Below, in pieces: positions 1 to 10,828 of a DNA stretch of 59,940 nt; the stretch's first letter is position 1, and each line of letters begins with the position of its first letter. This stretch comes from an uncultured Alphaproteobacteria bacterium (GTDB lineage: Bacteria; Pseudomonadota; Alphaproteobacteria; Methylaequorales; Methylaequoraceae). The translations under genes were made by a program, and so were the position numbers. The notes under the pieces are model-generated. The model was given only the letters and a program-made list of their open reading frames with translations, was not told the DNA's origin and did not search any database. The stretch is from positions 1 to 59,940 of the forward strand of contig CABZMK010000006.1 in assembly GCA_902526865.1 (NCBI GenBank), written 5' to 3'.

Positions 1-36
1 TCAAGTTTAAATTAATTTTTAAAGCAAAGCATATTT

Positions 37-372
37 TTAGGAGTTTCTGAATTCCGGATCCAAAGCGTAATTAACAAATTCTCCAGCAGCATCAAAGGCC
101 TCCATTGGATCTCCATTGGGGTTTTTCTTAATAAATGATTTGTAACCGTTTATTGCCGCGTCAGCTAATAAATCACAAATATCCAGAGGACAACCAGAAT
201 CCATCATGACATTTTTTGCTGCATCAATTGCTTTAGAAAATGCTTGGGTCTGTTTTGAACCCCTATCAAGTTCAACTCTGTAAACTTCCAATGCAACCTC
301 GCCAGCATGTTCTGCCAAATCTTCTATAGACTTGGAAATATCCTCCCCAATTGGTTGTATATTTTCAACCAT
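37..372 (-). CDS. hypothetical acidic helical protein (111 aa)
   Basis: Intact ORF, ATG preceded by AAGGA; no family recognised. Confidence 0.75.
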   Translation of the reverse strand: MVENIQPIGEDISKSIEDLAEHAGEVALEVYRVELDRGSKQTQAFSKAIDAAKNVMMDSGCPLDICDLLADAAINGYKSFIKKNPNGDPMEAFDAAGEFVNYALDPEFRNS

Positions 373-500
373 GTAGAATCCTTATGATGGTATTGATAAA
401 TACTTATGTTTGCTATTTAATGTCAATTCTAACTGTAAAATTTAGTATTACAAATTGTTTTAATAAATTAGGATTTTATACTCTAGGAATCTAATGTAAT

Positions 501-529
501 TTGCATAAATTCAATAATCTATATATATT
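501..529 (+). promoter_or_regulatory. putative sigma70 promoter of the aminotransferase gene
   Basis: TTGCAT(501-506)-N17-TATATT(524-529)-N6-ATG(536); no SD visible. Confidence 0.5.
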
Positions 530-535
530 CTGATA

Positions 536-1705
536 ATGGATGGACTAAATAAATCTATGTATGATATTGGAAGTGATAGCGCGTTTGCTATACTTGCAAG
601 AAGTCAAGAGTTAGAAAAAAAAGGAAATTATGTTATTAATCTTGGCATTGGTCAACCAGATTTTCCAACGCCACAAAATGTTGTAGAAGCAGCTATTAAG
701 GCCCTTAAAGACGGGCATCATGGTTATACAGCATCCAACGGAATTAAAGAATTAAGAAGAGCAGTAGCAAATGATTTTTATATGAGAAATAATGTAGAAA
801 TCGATCCGGACAATATACTAATAACACCAGGAGGTAAATCTATTATTTTTTATACCCTCTTAATGTTTGGTGAACCAGGGGCAGAAATAATTACCCCAGA
901 CCCTGGGTTTATAGCGTACAAATCTATGATAGATTACACTGGAGCTAAAGCTATTTCACTTCCACACAGAATGGAAAACGATTTTTCATTTGATGCAGAC
1001 GAACTTATTTCATTAATAAACGATAAAACAAAACTTATTATTTTAAATTCACCCGCAAACCCAACTGGTGGTGTTGTTTCTGAAATTGAACTAAAAAAAT
1101 TAGCAGAGGGTTTATTAAGATTCCCAAAAGTTTTTATACTTTCAGATGAAATTTACAGTAGAATTTTATTTGACAATCATAAACATCTTTCACCTCTTAA
1201 ATATAAAGAAATTAGAGATAGAATTATCGTACTCGATGGCTGGTCAAAAACTTATTCAATGACAGGTTGGAGACTTGGTTTTGGAATTTACCCAAAAAAA
1301 ATATTTGGTTTTGCAGAAAAATTAGCAATAAATTCTCATTCTTGTGTAAATTCGGCAGCACAGTTTGCTGGTATCGAGGCGTTAACTGGGGATCAAAAAC
1401 CAGTTTATGATATGATAACAGAATTTCAAATTAGGAGAAATTTTTTAGTTGGTGAACTAAACAAAATTGAAAATATTGAATGTAAAATTCCCGGTGGTGC
1501 TTTCTACGTGTTTCCAAAGATAAAAAAAGAAAATATGAATTCAGTTGAAATTTCAAAATATTTGCTTGAAAAAAAATTCATAGCAACTGTTCCAGGTTCC
1601 TCATTTGGAAAAAATGGAGAGGGTTTTTTGAGAGTGTCTTACGCTAGTAATTTAGAAAACTTAGAAAAATTTATTATTAGCCTTAAAGATTTTATGAATG
1701 AGTAG
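536..1705 (+). CDS. PLP-dependent class I/II aminotransferase (aspartate aminotransferase-like)
   Basis: NLGIGQPDF, NSPANPTG, SDEIY and PLP-lysine motif GWSKTYSMTGWRLG. Confidence 0.93.
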   Translation: MDGLNKSMYDIGSDSAFAILARSQELEKKGNYVINLGIGQPDFPTPQNVVEAAIKALKDGHHGYTASNGIKELRRAVANDFYMRNNVEIDPDNILITPGGKSIIFYTLLMFGEPGAEIITPDPGFIAYKSMIDYTGAKAISLPHRMENDFSFDADELISLINDKTKLIILNSPANPTGGVVSEIELKKLAEGLLRFPKVFILSDEIYSRILFDNHKHLSPLKYKEIRDRIIVLDGWSKTYSMTGWRLGFGIYPKKIFGFAEKLAINSHSCVNSAAQFAGIEALTGDQKPVYDMITEFQIRRNFLVGELNKIENIECKIPGGAFYVFPKIKKENMNSVEISKYLLEKKFIATVPGSSFGKNGEGFLRVSYASNLENLEKFIISLKDFMNE

Positions 1706-1744
1706 AAATTAACCTTTTTTATGATTAACATTTAAGCATTATGA

Positions 1745-2155
<411 letters not shown>

Positions 2156-2187
2156 AGAAACTTTATTTAACAACCATTGGAGAAAAT

Positions 2188-3597
2188 ATGAGCGAAATAA
2201 CAAAAGTAATGAAAATGATTAAAGACAAAGAGGTCAAATTTGTTGATCTTAGATTTACTGATACGAAAGGCAAGTGGCAGCACACAGCCCAAACGGTAGA
2301 AACTATTGATGAAAGTACATTTAAAGATGGGATTATGTTCGATGGTTCGTCTATTGCCGGTTGGAAAAGTATTGATAAGGCTGATATGATTTTGATGCCA
2401 GACCCATCAACGGCTGTGATGGATCCTTTTACAGCTCAACCGCAACTTGTTCTTTTTTGTGATGTAATAGAACCAGACGATGGAAAGCCCTATGAACTAG
2501 ACCCAAGAAGTACTGGAAAAAAGGCAGAAGAATACTTGAAAGAATCTGGTATTGGTGATACTGCTTTTTTTGGTCCTGAAGCTGAATTTTTTATCTTTGA
2601 TGATGTCAAATGGGCAACTAATCAGGAATATACGTTTTATAGTATTGATTCTGAAGAAGGTGCATATAACACTGGAACCGAAATGGAAGGTGGTAATATG
2701 GGACACAGACCAAAAGATAAAGGGGGATATTTCCCTGTTCCTCCTGTTGACTCTGCCACAGATATCAGGGCAGAAATGGTGTCCACAATGTCAGAAATGG
2801 GCTTAGAGATGGAAAAACATCATCACGAAGTAGCACCTTCTCAACACGAATTAGGAATGAAATTCGGGCCATTGATCAAAAGCGCTGACGCTCTTCAAAA
2901 ATATAAATATTGTGTTCATATGGTTGCGCAAGCTTATGGAAAAACTGCCACTTTCATGCCTAAGCCAGTTTATAATGATAATGGTTCAGGTATGCATGTC
3001 CACCAATCCGTTTGGAAAGGAGATCAATCTGTCTTTGCGGGTAACGGATATAATGGATTATCTGACGAGTGTTTATACTATATCGGTGGAATAATAAAAC
3101 ATGCCAAAGCTATTAATGCATTTTCCAATGCAACAACCAACAGTTACAAAAGACTGATACCAGGTTTTGAAGCGCCGGTTTTGTTAGCTTATTCATTCAG
3201 AAATAGATCTGCTGCATGCAGAGTTCCTTACGTGAGCAGTCCAAAAGCAGCAAGATTTGAAGTAAGATTTGGCGATGCATCTGGTAACCCTTATTTTACA
3301 TTTGCATCAATGTTAATGGCCGGTATAGACGGAATCAAAAATAAAATTCACCCTGGTGAAGCAATGGACAAGGACTTATATGCTTTATCAGAAGATGAGC
3401 TTAAAGGAGTTCCTACTGTGTGTGGAAGTCTTCGAGAAGCTCTTGATTCTTTAGATAAAGATCGTGATTTCTTAAAAGCCGGAAACGTTTTTACAGACAA
3501 TTTAATTGATTCATACATTGCTTTAAAAATGGACGAGGTTTTGCAATTTGAACATACTCCTCATCCCGTTGAATTTAAAATGTATTATTCAGTGTAG
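2188..3597 (+). CDS. glnA: glutamine synthetase type I
   Basis: [37 protein letters not shown], adenylylation-site Tyr in KDLYAL; GGAGA SD. Confidence 0.98.
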   Translation: MSEITKVMKMIKDKEVKFVDLRFTDTKGKWQHTAQTVETIDESTFKDGIMFDGSSIAGWKSIDKADMILMPDPSTAVMDPFTAQPQLVLFCDVIEPDDGKPYELDPRSTGKKAEEYLKESGIGDTAFFGPEAEFFIFDDVKWATNQEYTFYSIDSEEGAYNTGTEMEGGNMGHRPKDKGGYFPVPPVDSATDIRAEMVSTMSEMGLEMEKHHHEVAPSQHELGMKFGPLIKSADALQKYKYCVHMVAQAYGKTATFMPKPVYNDNGSGMHVHQSVWKGDQSVFAGNGYNGLSDECLYYIGGIIKHAKAINAFSNATTNSYKRLIPGFEAPVLLAYSFRNRSAACRVPYVSSPKAARFEVRFGDASGNPYFTFASMLMAGIDGIKNKIHPGEAMDKDLYALSEDELKGVPTVCGSLREALDSLDKDRDFLKAGNVFTDNLIDSYIALKMDEVLQFEHTPHPVEFKMYYSV

Positions 3598-3598
3598 T

Positions 3599-4150
3599 TC
3601 ACTTTATTAGACTTGATAAATTTTTGAAATGCTTGTTTTTTGAATCTCGAAGAAGTTCAAATAACATCATTTCAAAAGTGACAACTTGAATACCATAGTT
3701 AACCATACGATTTATGGCTAATTCCTTATCGTAATTTTTTCTAGACCCAACAGCATCAAAAATTACAAAAACCTCGTATCCTGCACCTTTTAAATCCATA
3801 GCAGTTTGTAAAACACATATATGTGTTTCAATCCCAATCAATATGACTTGTTTAGATTTTAAAAGTTGACCTGCATGAAGGCTAGTCATAGAAGTTGGAA
3901 AACATGAAAAAGAGGTTTTTTCGAATTTATGAGCTTTGCAAGATAATAATTTTTTAAGGACATTATCAATTGTTAAACCAAGTCCGTTTGGATACTGTTC
4001 AGAGAAAAATATAGGAATATCAAGTGTGTGAAAAACTTCTAAACAGTTTAAAATAGCATTTTCTAAGTTTTTTGGTTCGTAAATTTTAGGAAAAAGTTTG
4101 TCTTGAACGTCAATAAGTAGTAATGATGAGTTAGTAGAGTCAATTAGCAT
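3599..4150 (-). CDS. isochorismatase-family cysteine hydrolase
   Basis: LLLIDVQ, EQYPNGLG, KTSFSC, GIETHICVLQT. Confidence 0.9.
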   Translation of the reverse strand: MLIDSTNSSLLLIDVQDKLFPKIYEPKNLENAILNCLEVFHTLDIPIFFSEQYPNGLGLTIDNVLKKLLSCKAHKFEKTSFSCFPTSMTSLHAGQLLKSKQVILIGIETHICVLQTAMDLKGAGYEVFVIFDAVGSRKNYDKELAINRMVNYGIQVVTFEMMLFELLRDSKNKHFKNLSSLIK

Positions 4151-4686
4151 TAGTCATATAGTGCAGTCTCTATTTGATTGACTAAGCCTTCTGATGTTGG
4201 ACTGGTCATTGATGAAAACCAATTAATTATTTTACCATCTCTACCAATCAGGTATTTATGGAAATTCCATCTAGGCTGACCTATAACTGAGACATTAGAT
4301 TTAATCCATTTATAAATTGGATGTGCATTTTCTCCACGAATTGGTTGAATTGAAGACATTGGAAATTCAACTCCAAACCTTATTTCACAAAACTCTTTAA
4401 CATCGCTATCTTTAGATAACTCTTGGTTGAAATCATTTGTTGGAATACCTAAAACTATAAGACCATCATTTTTATATCTCTCATAAATTTTTTGAAGACC
4501 TGAGTATTGTGGTGTAAAACCACATTTAGAAGCAGTGTTAACAAGCAATACAACTTTACTTTTATAATCAGATAAGTTTATTGTTTCACCAGAGATAGAT
4601 TCTATGGTAAAGTCATGAAAGACTTTTTCTGATGAGTCAACACTAGACATAAACATAAAAATAAAAAAAAAACTTAATAATTTCAT
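4150..4686 (-). CDS. glutathione peroxidase family protein (Cys type, probable signal peptide)
   Basis: VNTASKCGFTPQY, PRWNFHKYLI; hydrophobic N-terminus. Confidence 0.93.
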   Translation of the reverse strand: MKLLSFFFIFMFMSSVDSSEKVFHDFTIESISGETINLSDYKSKVVLLVNTASKCGFTPQYSGLQKIYERYKNDGLIVLGIPTNDFNQELSKDSDVKEFCEIRFGVEFPMSSIQPIRGENAHPIYKWIKSNVSVIGQPRWNFHKYLIGRDGKIINWFSSMTSPTSEGLVNQIETALYD

Positions 4687-4741
4687 AATATTAATTTAAT
4701 ATTAAATATTGAAAATTAAAGTAAAAAATTTATTATTAAAC

Positions 4742-5164
4742 ATGCAATTTAAAAAAATCATTCTAAACATATTTTTAATAATTTTTGTGACATCTTGTAT
4801 AGGAGAAAGTCTTGTACCGGTAAAAGGACCTGAAGGTAATCCTGACCTAGAATTAAATTTTTCTCAGTTTGACGATATTCCCATCCCTGTAAATTCAAAA
4901 CTTCAAAGGGAAGAATCAATAATCATTTCAAGAAAAATTGGTTGGTCTGGTAGACTTGTTTTTAAAACAACTGAAAATCAAATAGAAGTTTTCGACTTTT
5001 TTAGAAATGAACTACCAAAATTTGGATGGAAAAAAATTTCTGAAATCAGTTCTGAAAGCAGTCTACTTAATTACCAAAATAATCAAAGATTTGCTTCAAT
5101 ACAAATTTTTGAAAAAACTTTCATTGGATCCAAAGTTAAAATAACCGTTACAGAAGTTGAATAG
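4742..5164 (+). CDS. hypothetical lipoprotein
   Basis: MQFKK + hydrophobic stretch + VTSC lipobox-like site; ATG 4742 preferred over TTG 4709 because TTGAAA-N16-TATTAT lies at 4709-4736. Confidence 0.7.
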   Translation: MQFKKIILNIFLIIFVTSCIGESLVPVKGPEGNPDLELNFSQFDDIPIPVNSKLQREESIIISRKIGWSGRLVFKTTENQIEVFDFFRNELPKFGWKKISEISSESSLLNYQNNQRFASIQIFEKTFIGSKVKITVTEVE

Positions 5165-5229
5165 TCTTTTATATCTTAAATATGAATGAGTGCAGAATAT
5201 AATAATTTAAACAATTGCATCAAGTATCC

Positions 5230-6495
5230 TCAAAACATTTTAATTTGGTCCATCCAACTAGATTTTATATCTAGTGTTATTTCACTTCTATAGAAAGATT
5301 CTCTATTTGCCATTCCAATGAGGTCACAAATAACTGACTCAGGACAGTTTACTGATTTTAATCTTTCTATTATAGAATATTTAAATGAAATTGAGGTTTT
5401 ACCGCTTGACAGTTTTTTCAACTCATCATTAAATTTTTTTTCATACTGAAACTTATAAGGTTCAATAATATTAAAATAATTTTTAAATAAGGAACCTCTA
5501 TTGCTAAATTGATAAATTTTTTCAATTTTATTAAGTGAAATACCAACCAAAGGTATTACTCTTCTTTTATATATATTGTTTATCTGTCTGATAGAGTTTG
5601 ATCTAATAATTATATATGGATTATATTTATTGAGATCAACATCCTCTGATTCTAAACCAATAATCTCAGAATATGAACACCCTGTATCCAGCATTATGCC
5701 ACTCATACAACTTATAAAAGAATTATTCTTTAGACATAAATCTTTAATTCTTATTAATTCATCATCTGAGAATTTTTGATAACTATTTTTAGTGTTAATT
5801 TTTGGCCATTTAAGCCCTAAAAATGGATTTTTTTTATCTACTAAGTATTTTTGAAAAATCACTGAAAAAAAATTCTGTAGATTGGATTGATTCCTCCTAC
5901 CTGAAGAAATTCTATCTAATTTAATAAAATAGTTTTTAAAAGAGTTGGCATCGTTAGTGTTATATGAGTCAATTGGTTTATCTCCACAAATCTCGATCAT
6001 AAGTGAAAGAGATTTTTTTATTGAATATAACTTTTTTTTGGCATTTAAAATATTCATATCTTTTAAATATTCGTCGATGAGTGCACTTAAAGACATTTCT
6101 TCTGTTGAACTATTATTTAAAAGAATTCTTTCAATAGAAATGTTCTTTTCATTATTAAGGCTTTTATTTTTCAAAAGATTTATTAAGTCTTTTTTACTAA
6201 AAAATAGTTTGTTAACTAAATCATCGAAATCGTCAATAAAGCTTAATTTATATTTTTGCGAATCAAATTCATTATTATTAAAAAAATTTTTAAAATAATT
6301 ATTTGAATAATTTTCTGCAATTTTAAACATTTTTTTATGCTCTAAAGCCTGAAGTTTTGCTCTTTTGATAGCAATGGGAACTTTGTTTGTTTTTAAAGAG
6401 ATTTTAAGTGTTTTTCTTCCCAATAAATTTGAAAGTTTTGAAGGGACAGCTCTTTGATACCAATATTGATTCCCATGTTTATATATATATTTCAT
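5230..6495 (-). CDS. tyrosine recombinase/integrase homolog with DUF6538-like N-terminus; catalytic residues degenerate
   Basis: N-terminal YWYQRAVP..L..LLG...LKISLKT; box I-like DTGCSYSEIIGL; RRVIPL; box II-like SISFKYS..ERL...DLIG; starts 14 bp after the tRNA-Leu CCA. Confidence 0.8.
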   Translation of the reverse strand: MKYIYKHGNQYWYQRAVPSKLSNLLGRKTLKISLKTNKVPIAIKRAKLQALEHKKMFKIAENYSNNYFKNFFNNNEFDSQKYKLSFIDDFDDLVNKLFFSKKDLINLLKNKSLNNEKNISIERILLNNSSTEEMSLSALIDEYLKDMNILNAKKKLYSIKKSLSLMIEICGDKPIDSYNTNDANSFKNYFIKLDRISSGRRNQSNLQNFFSVIFQKYLVDKKNPFLGLKWPKINTKNSYQKFSDDELIRIKDLCLKNNSFISCMSGIMLDTGCSYSEIIGLESEDVDLNKYNPYIIIRSNSIRQINNIYKRRVIPLVGISLNKIEKIYQFSNRGSLFKNYFNIIEPYKFQYEKKFNDELKKLSSGKTSISFKYSIIERLKSVNCPESVICDLIGMANRESFYRSEITLDIKSSWMDQIKMF

Positions 6496-6509
6496 ACTTC
6501 TAATTTCGC

Positions 6510-6598
6510 TGGTGCGGTCGAGAAGACTCGAACTTCCACAGGCAATTAAGCCTACAACGACCTCAACGTTGCGCGTCTACCAATTCCGCCACGACCGC
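6510..6598 (-). tRNA. tRNA-Leu(GAG)
   Basis: GCGGTCG acceptor stem, anticodon arm CAACG-TTGAGGT-CGTTG, long variable arm, GTTCGAGTC, encoded CCA. Confidence 0.97.
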
Positions 6599-6604
6599 AT
6601 GAGT

Positions 6605-8593
6605 TTATTCAAATTCCAGGATTATTTGGTCAACTTCAAGACTATCTCCTTCAGAACAATTTATTTTTTTTATCCTTGTTTTTTTTTCTGATTTAATAAT
6701 ATTTTCCATTTTCATAGCCTCTATAATAGCTAATGGTTGATTTTCTTCTATTTCTTGATTTTTTTTTACTAGAATTGATACCAACAATCCTGGCATGGGA
6801 GCCATCAAATATTTGGAATTATCCTCTTTCTTTCTTGGTATCATGAAATTATTTAATTCAGAATGTCTATTCGAGAGGACAAGAATGTCGTGTATTGCTC
6901 CTTTGTGATTTATAGAAAACTTAGGACCATTTCTTTTGATACTAAAATACATTAAGCTATTATCAATTATTGCAGAAAACAATGGGTAACCTATTTTCCA
7001 ATTACTTTTAAGGTTAAGATATTTTTTATCTACGTAGATATCATAACTTTTATTAAAATTATTAAATGAAATTGCAACGTTAGATTTATTTTCTTTGTCA
7101 ATCACGTACCAATTATTATCAACTGTTTTGTTAAAACCTTTCAATTGATTTGAAATAGATGCAGCTCGCAAAAGATATTTATAATTTATAAAAGTTGCAA
7201 CTGCGTATAATTTTGTTTTGTCTTTAACTTCTGTCATATATGGATCAAACCCATCAGCATAATTATCTGTTATAAACGACGTGGAATATTCTCCATTCAA
7301 AAATTCTGGCTTTTGAATAATATTTGATAAAAAGTCTCTATTAGTTTTAACTCCTTCAATAAAGTATTTATCTAAAGCATTGACCATTTCTAAAATCGAT
7401 TCTTTTCTATTTTTAGAATGAGCGCATAATTTAGATATCATTGGATCATAGTACATACTAATTTCTGATCCTTCAACAACACCAGAATCAACCCTTGTAT
7501 TTTTTCCTGATGGTTCAATGTATCTTGTCAACCTTCCGATAGAAGGAAGAAAGTTTTTTGAAGAGTCCTCAGCATAAATTCTACACTCCAAAGCTGAACC
7601 TTCAAATTTAATTTGATCTTGCGACATTAAAAGTTTTTCTCCAGATGCAATTCGAATCATCTGTTCTACTAAATCAACTCCAGTTATTAGTTCAGTTACA
7701 GGGTGCTCAACTTGGAGCCTAGTATTCATCTCAAGGAAATAGAAGTTTTTATCTTTATCAACAACAAACTCTACAGTCCCTGCAGAGTAATAACCAACTG
7801 CTTTAGCTAATTGAATAGCTTCATTTACCATTCTTTCTCTTAAGTCCTGTGTTACAAATATACTAGGTGCTTCTTCGATAACTTTTTGATGTCTTCGTTG
7901 GATTGAACATTCCCTCTCACCGAGATGAATAAAATTCCCAAACTGATCACCAAGCACTTGTATTTCGATATGTTTCGGAAATTCGATAAATTTTTCTATG
8001 AACACTCTTTCATCACCAAAGCTTGACTTGGCTTCATTTATGGCAGAATTGAAATTCACCTCTAGCTCTTTTTCATTAAATGCAACTCTCATTCCTTTCC
8101 CTCCGCCTCCTGCTGATGCCTTTACCATCAGGGGATACCCTATTGTTTTTGCCTGATTAACTGCACTTTTTATATCTGGAACAACTTCAAGGCCACCAGG
8201 TACAACAGAGACACCAGCTGCCTTTGCAATCTTTTTCGATCTAATCTTATCTCCCATAGACGATATAGCTTCACTTGGTGGGCCAATGAAAATTTTACCA
8301 ATTTTGTTTACTTCATCTCTAAAGTTGACATTTTCTGACAGAAAACCGTATCCAGGGTGGACAGCTTCAGCATTAGACTTTTTCATTGCATCAATAATTT
8401 TGTCAATTCTTAGATAACTATCAATAGAAGTGTCTCCTCCTATACTTACACATTCGTCTGACATATTTACGTGAGGCGCATTTATGTCTGGGTCAGAGCA
8501 AATAGATACAGTTTTGATCCCCATCTTATGAGCTGTTTTAATTATTCTGCATGCAATTTCGCCTCTATTGGCAATTAAAATTTTTTTCAACAT
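6605..8593 (-). CDS. pccA: propionyl-CoA carboxylase alpha chain (biotin carboxylase + biotin carrier)
   Basis: KILIANRGEIA, HPGYGFLSEN, GGGGKGMR, FLEMNTRLQVEH, EAMKMEN; adjacent to pccB. Confidence 0.9.
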   Translation of the reverse strand: MLKKILIANRGEIACRIIKTAHKMGIKTVSICSDPDINAPHVNMSDECVSIGGDTSIDSYLRIDKIIDAMKKSNAEAVHPGYGFLSENVNFRDEVNKIGKIFIGPPSEAISSMGDKIRSKKIAKAAGVSVVPGGLEVVPDIKSAVNQAKTIGYPLMVKASAGGGGKGMRVAFNEKELEVNFNSAINEAKSSFGDERVFIEKFIEFPKHIEIQVLGDQFGNFIHLGERECSIQRRHQKVIEEAPSIFVTQDLRERMVNEAIQLAKAVGYYSAGTVEFVVDKDKNFYFLEMNTRLQVEHPVTELITGVDLVEQMIRIASGEKLLMSQDQIKFEGSALECRIYAEDSSKNFLPSIGRLTRYIEPSGKNTRVDSGVVEGSEISMYYDPMISKLCAHSKNRKESILEMVNALDKYFIEGVKTNRDFLSNIIQKPEFLNGEYSTSFITDNYADGFDPYMTEVKDKTKLYAVATFINYKYLLRAASISNQLKGFNKTVDNNWYVIDKENKSNVAISFNNFNKSYDIYVDKKYLNLKSNWKIGYPLFSAIIDNSLMYFSIKRNGPKFSINHKGAIHDILVLSNRHSELNNFMIPRKKEDNSKYLMAPMPGLLVSILVKKNQEIEENQPLAIIEAMKMENIIKSEKKTRIKKINCSEGDSLEVDQIILEFE

Positions 8594-8594
8594 G

Positions 8595-10127
8595 TTAAAG
8601 AGGGATATTGTCGTGTTTTTTCCACGGGTTATTAAGTTTTTTATTTTTGAGCATTTCTAGTGATCTACATATTCTTTTTCTAGTTGTATTAGGCATGATG
8701 ACATCGTCTATGAATCCCCTACTTCCAGCAATAAATGGGTTGGCAAGTTTTTCTCTATACTCATTCGTTTTCTTTTCAATTTTTTCCTTATCTCCCAACT
8801 CTCCTCTAAAGATAATCTCAACTGCTCCTTTTGGACCCATGACTGCTATTTCAGCCTGAGGCCATGCATAGTTAACGTCACCCCTTAAATGTTTAGAGCT
8901 CATTACATCATAAGCACCTCCGTAAGCTTTCCTTGTAATGATTGTTATTTTCGGAACTGTAGCTTCTGCAAATGCAAACAAGAGTTTTGCCCCGTGTTTA
9001 ATAATGCCATTATATTCTTGAGAGGTTCCAGGCAGAAACCCCGGAACATCAACAAAAGTAATTATAGGTATGTTGAAACAGTCACAAAATCTGACAAATC
9101 GTGCTGCTTTTCGAGCGGAGTTATTGTCAAGGCAACCAGCAAGTACCATTGGTTGATTCGCTACTATCCCAATCGGAGCTCCGGACATCCTTGCAAATCC
9201 CGTTATGATGTTTGCAGCATAATCAGGTTGAGTCTCAAAAAAGTCTCTATCATCTACTACCTTTGTTATCAGCTCTTTCATATCGTATGGCTTATTTGGG
9301 TTTTCTGGGATTAAGGTGTCAAGTGATTGTTCTAATCTGTCTACCGGATCCTCTGATCTTCTTGTAGGGGGTAATTCTTTGTTGGAAGATGGTAAGAAAC
9401 CCATAAATCGCCTGAGTTGAAATAATGCCTCAACATCATTATCAAAGGCTAAATCGGCTACTCCTGACTTTTTCGTATGAGTGGAAGCACCACCAAGTTC
9501 TTCATGACTTACTTCCTCATGAGTTACTGTTTTAAGTACGTCAGGACCCGTTACGAACATATAGGATGTATCTTTTACCATGAAAATAAAGTCAGTCATG
9601 GCAGGACTATAAACAGCACCTCCTGCGCAAGGTCCCATTATAACAGAGATTTGAGGAATTACACCTGATGACAGAACGTTCCTTTGAAATACTTCAGCAT
9701 ACCCAGCCAATGAAGCAACTCCTTCTTGAATTCTTGCTCCTCCTGAATCGTTGAGTCCGATTACCGGAGCACCAACTTGTAAAGCCTTATCCATGATCTT
9801 TGAAATCTTTTCTGCGTGTGATTCAGACAATGATCCTCCAAAAACTGTGAAATCTTGGCTGAAAACAAATGTGAGTCTTCCATTTATAGTTCCATAACCA
9901 GTGACCACACCATCTCCAGGAATTTTTTGTTTTTCCATATCAAACTCTGAACATCTATGCTCGACAAACATGTCCCATTCTTCAAATGTTCCTTCGTCTA
10001 ATAAAATTTCTATTCTTTCTCTTGAAGTCAACTTACCTTTTTTATGTTGACTCTCCTGCCTGTTCTCTCCGCCACCAAGGATAGCTTGATTTCGTTTTGA
10101 ATCTAATTTTTTTAAAATATTTCTCAT
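8595..10127 (-). CDS. pccB: propionyl-CoA carboxylase beta chain
   Basis: [42 protein letters not shown]. Confidence 0.93.
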   Translation of the reverse strand: MRNILKKLDSKRNQAILGGGENRQESQHKKGKLTSRERIEILLDEGTFEEWDMFVEHRCSEFDMEKQKIPGDGVVTGYGTINGRLTFVFSQDFTVFGGSLSESHAEKISKIMDKALQVGAPVIGLNDSGGARIQEGVASLAGYAEVFQRNVLSSGVIPQISVIMGPCAGGAVYSPAMTDFIFMVKDTSYMFVTGPDVLKTVTHEEVSHEELGGASTHTKKSGVADLAFDNDVEALFQLRRFMGFLPSSNKELPPTRRSEDPVDRLEQSLDTLIPENPNKPYDMKELITKVVDDRDFFETQPDYAANIITGFARMSGAPIGIVANQPMVLAGCLDNNSARKAARFVRFCDCFNIPIITFVDVPGFLPGTSQEYNGIIKHGAKLLFAFAEATVPKITIITRKAYGGAYDVMSSKHLRGDVNYAWPQAEIAVMGPKGAVEIIFRGELGDKEKIEKKTNEYREKLANPFIAGSRGFIDDVIMPNTTRKRICRSLEMLKNKKLNNPWKKHDNIPL

Positions 10128-10165
10128 ATTTGTTTTTATAAAGTATATTAATATTTATAAACTAA

Positions 10166-10828
10166 TTAACTTACATTTTTAAAAAAAAAAGAAATATTTC
10201 TGATTCTTACCATAAAATCATCGTTCATTAATAATTGTTCTTCCACAGTACCCCATCTTTTTTGCTGATAATTATACTCCATGTTTGTTAGTTTATATAG
10301 AGTATTATAGTTGATTTTTTTATTCAGAAAGAAATAACTTAGAATCACCGATTTAGTAAGTGATGACAGTTTAAAAAGTGTTGTAAATTTAAAAATATCT
10401 AATTTATCCAAATATGATTTAAACAACAAATGTTTTAGGTTGCCTGAATGTACAATTGAATTGATTTTTTCAAATTTGCAATCAAATAAACCCTCAAATT
10501 CACAAATAAATGGATCAAATTCCTTTTCCATTGTTTTAACTAATTCAGTTTCATCAAACGATCTAAACAACAACAGATCGAAATTAAGTAATTCTATTAA
10601 TTTTTTTTTTATTTGTTCAATCTCATCTTTATTTAGATTACAGGAAAAAAGTGTTAGATTAAGCAATGTATTAGGGTCATTTGATTTAGTTCGTTGAAGA
10701 AACCCTTCGACGATTAGTTCGGCATGTTTTTTTTTTTTAACGAATAGTATATTACCGTTTTCAGTTTTTAAATTTTGATTATTCTTTAGAAATCTGTAAT
10801 TGTTATTAACTTTTATAATTTTAATCAT
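10166..10828 (-). CDS. ATP12-family F1-ATPase assembly chaperone (divergent)
   Basis: LKTENGN, DLLLFRS, LTKSVIL, YQQKRWG.VEE; follows rluC as in other alphaproteobacteria. Confidence 0.7.
   Translation of the reverse strand: MIKIIKVNNNYRFLKNNQNLKTENGNILFVKKKKHAELIVEGFLQRTKSNDPNTLLNLTLFSCNLNKDEIEQIKKKLIELLNFDLLLFRSFDETELVKTMEKEFDPFICEFEGLFDCKFEKINSIVHSGNLKHLLFKSYLDKLDIFKFTTLFKLSSLTKSVILSYFFLNKKINYNTLYKLTNMEYNYQQKRWGTVEEQLLMNDDFMVRIRNISFFFKNVS

Noticed and set aside
4150-4686. Possible selenocysteine glutathione peroxidase
   Set aside because: The active-site codon is TGT (Cys) and there is no in-frame TGA
5165-6598. Active genomic island or prophage at tRNA-Leu
   Set aside because: No att duplication or cargo/phage genes seen; flanks are housekeeping genes
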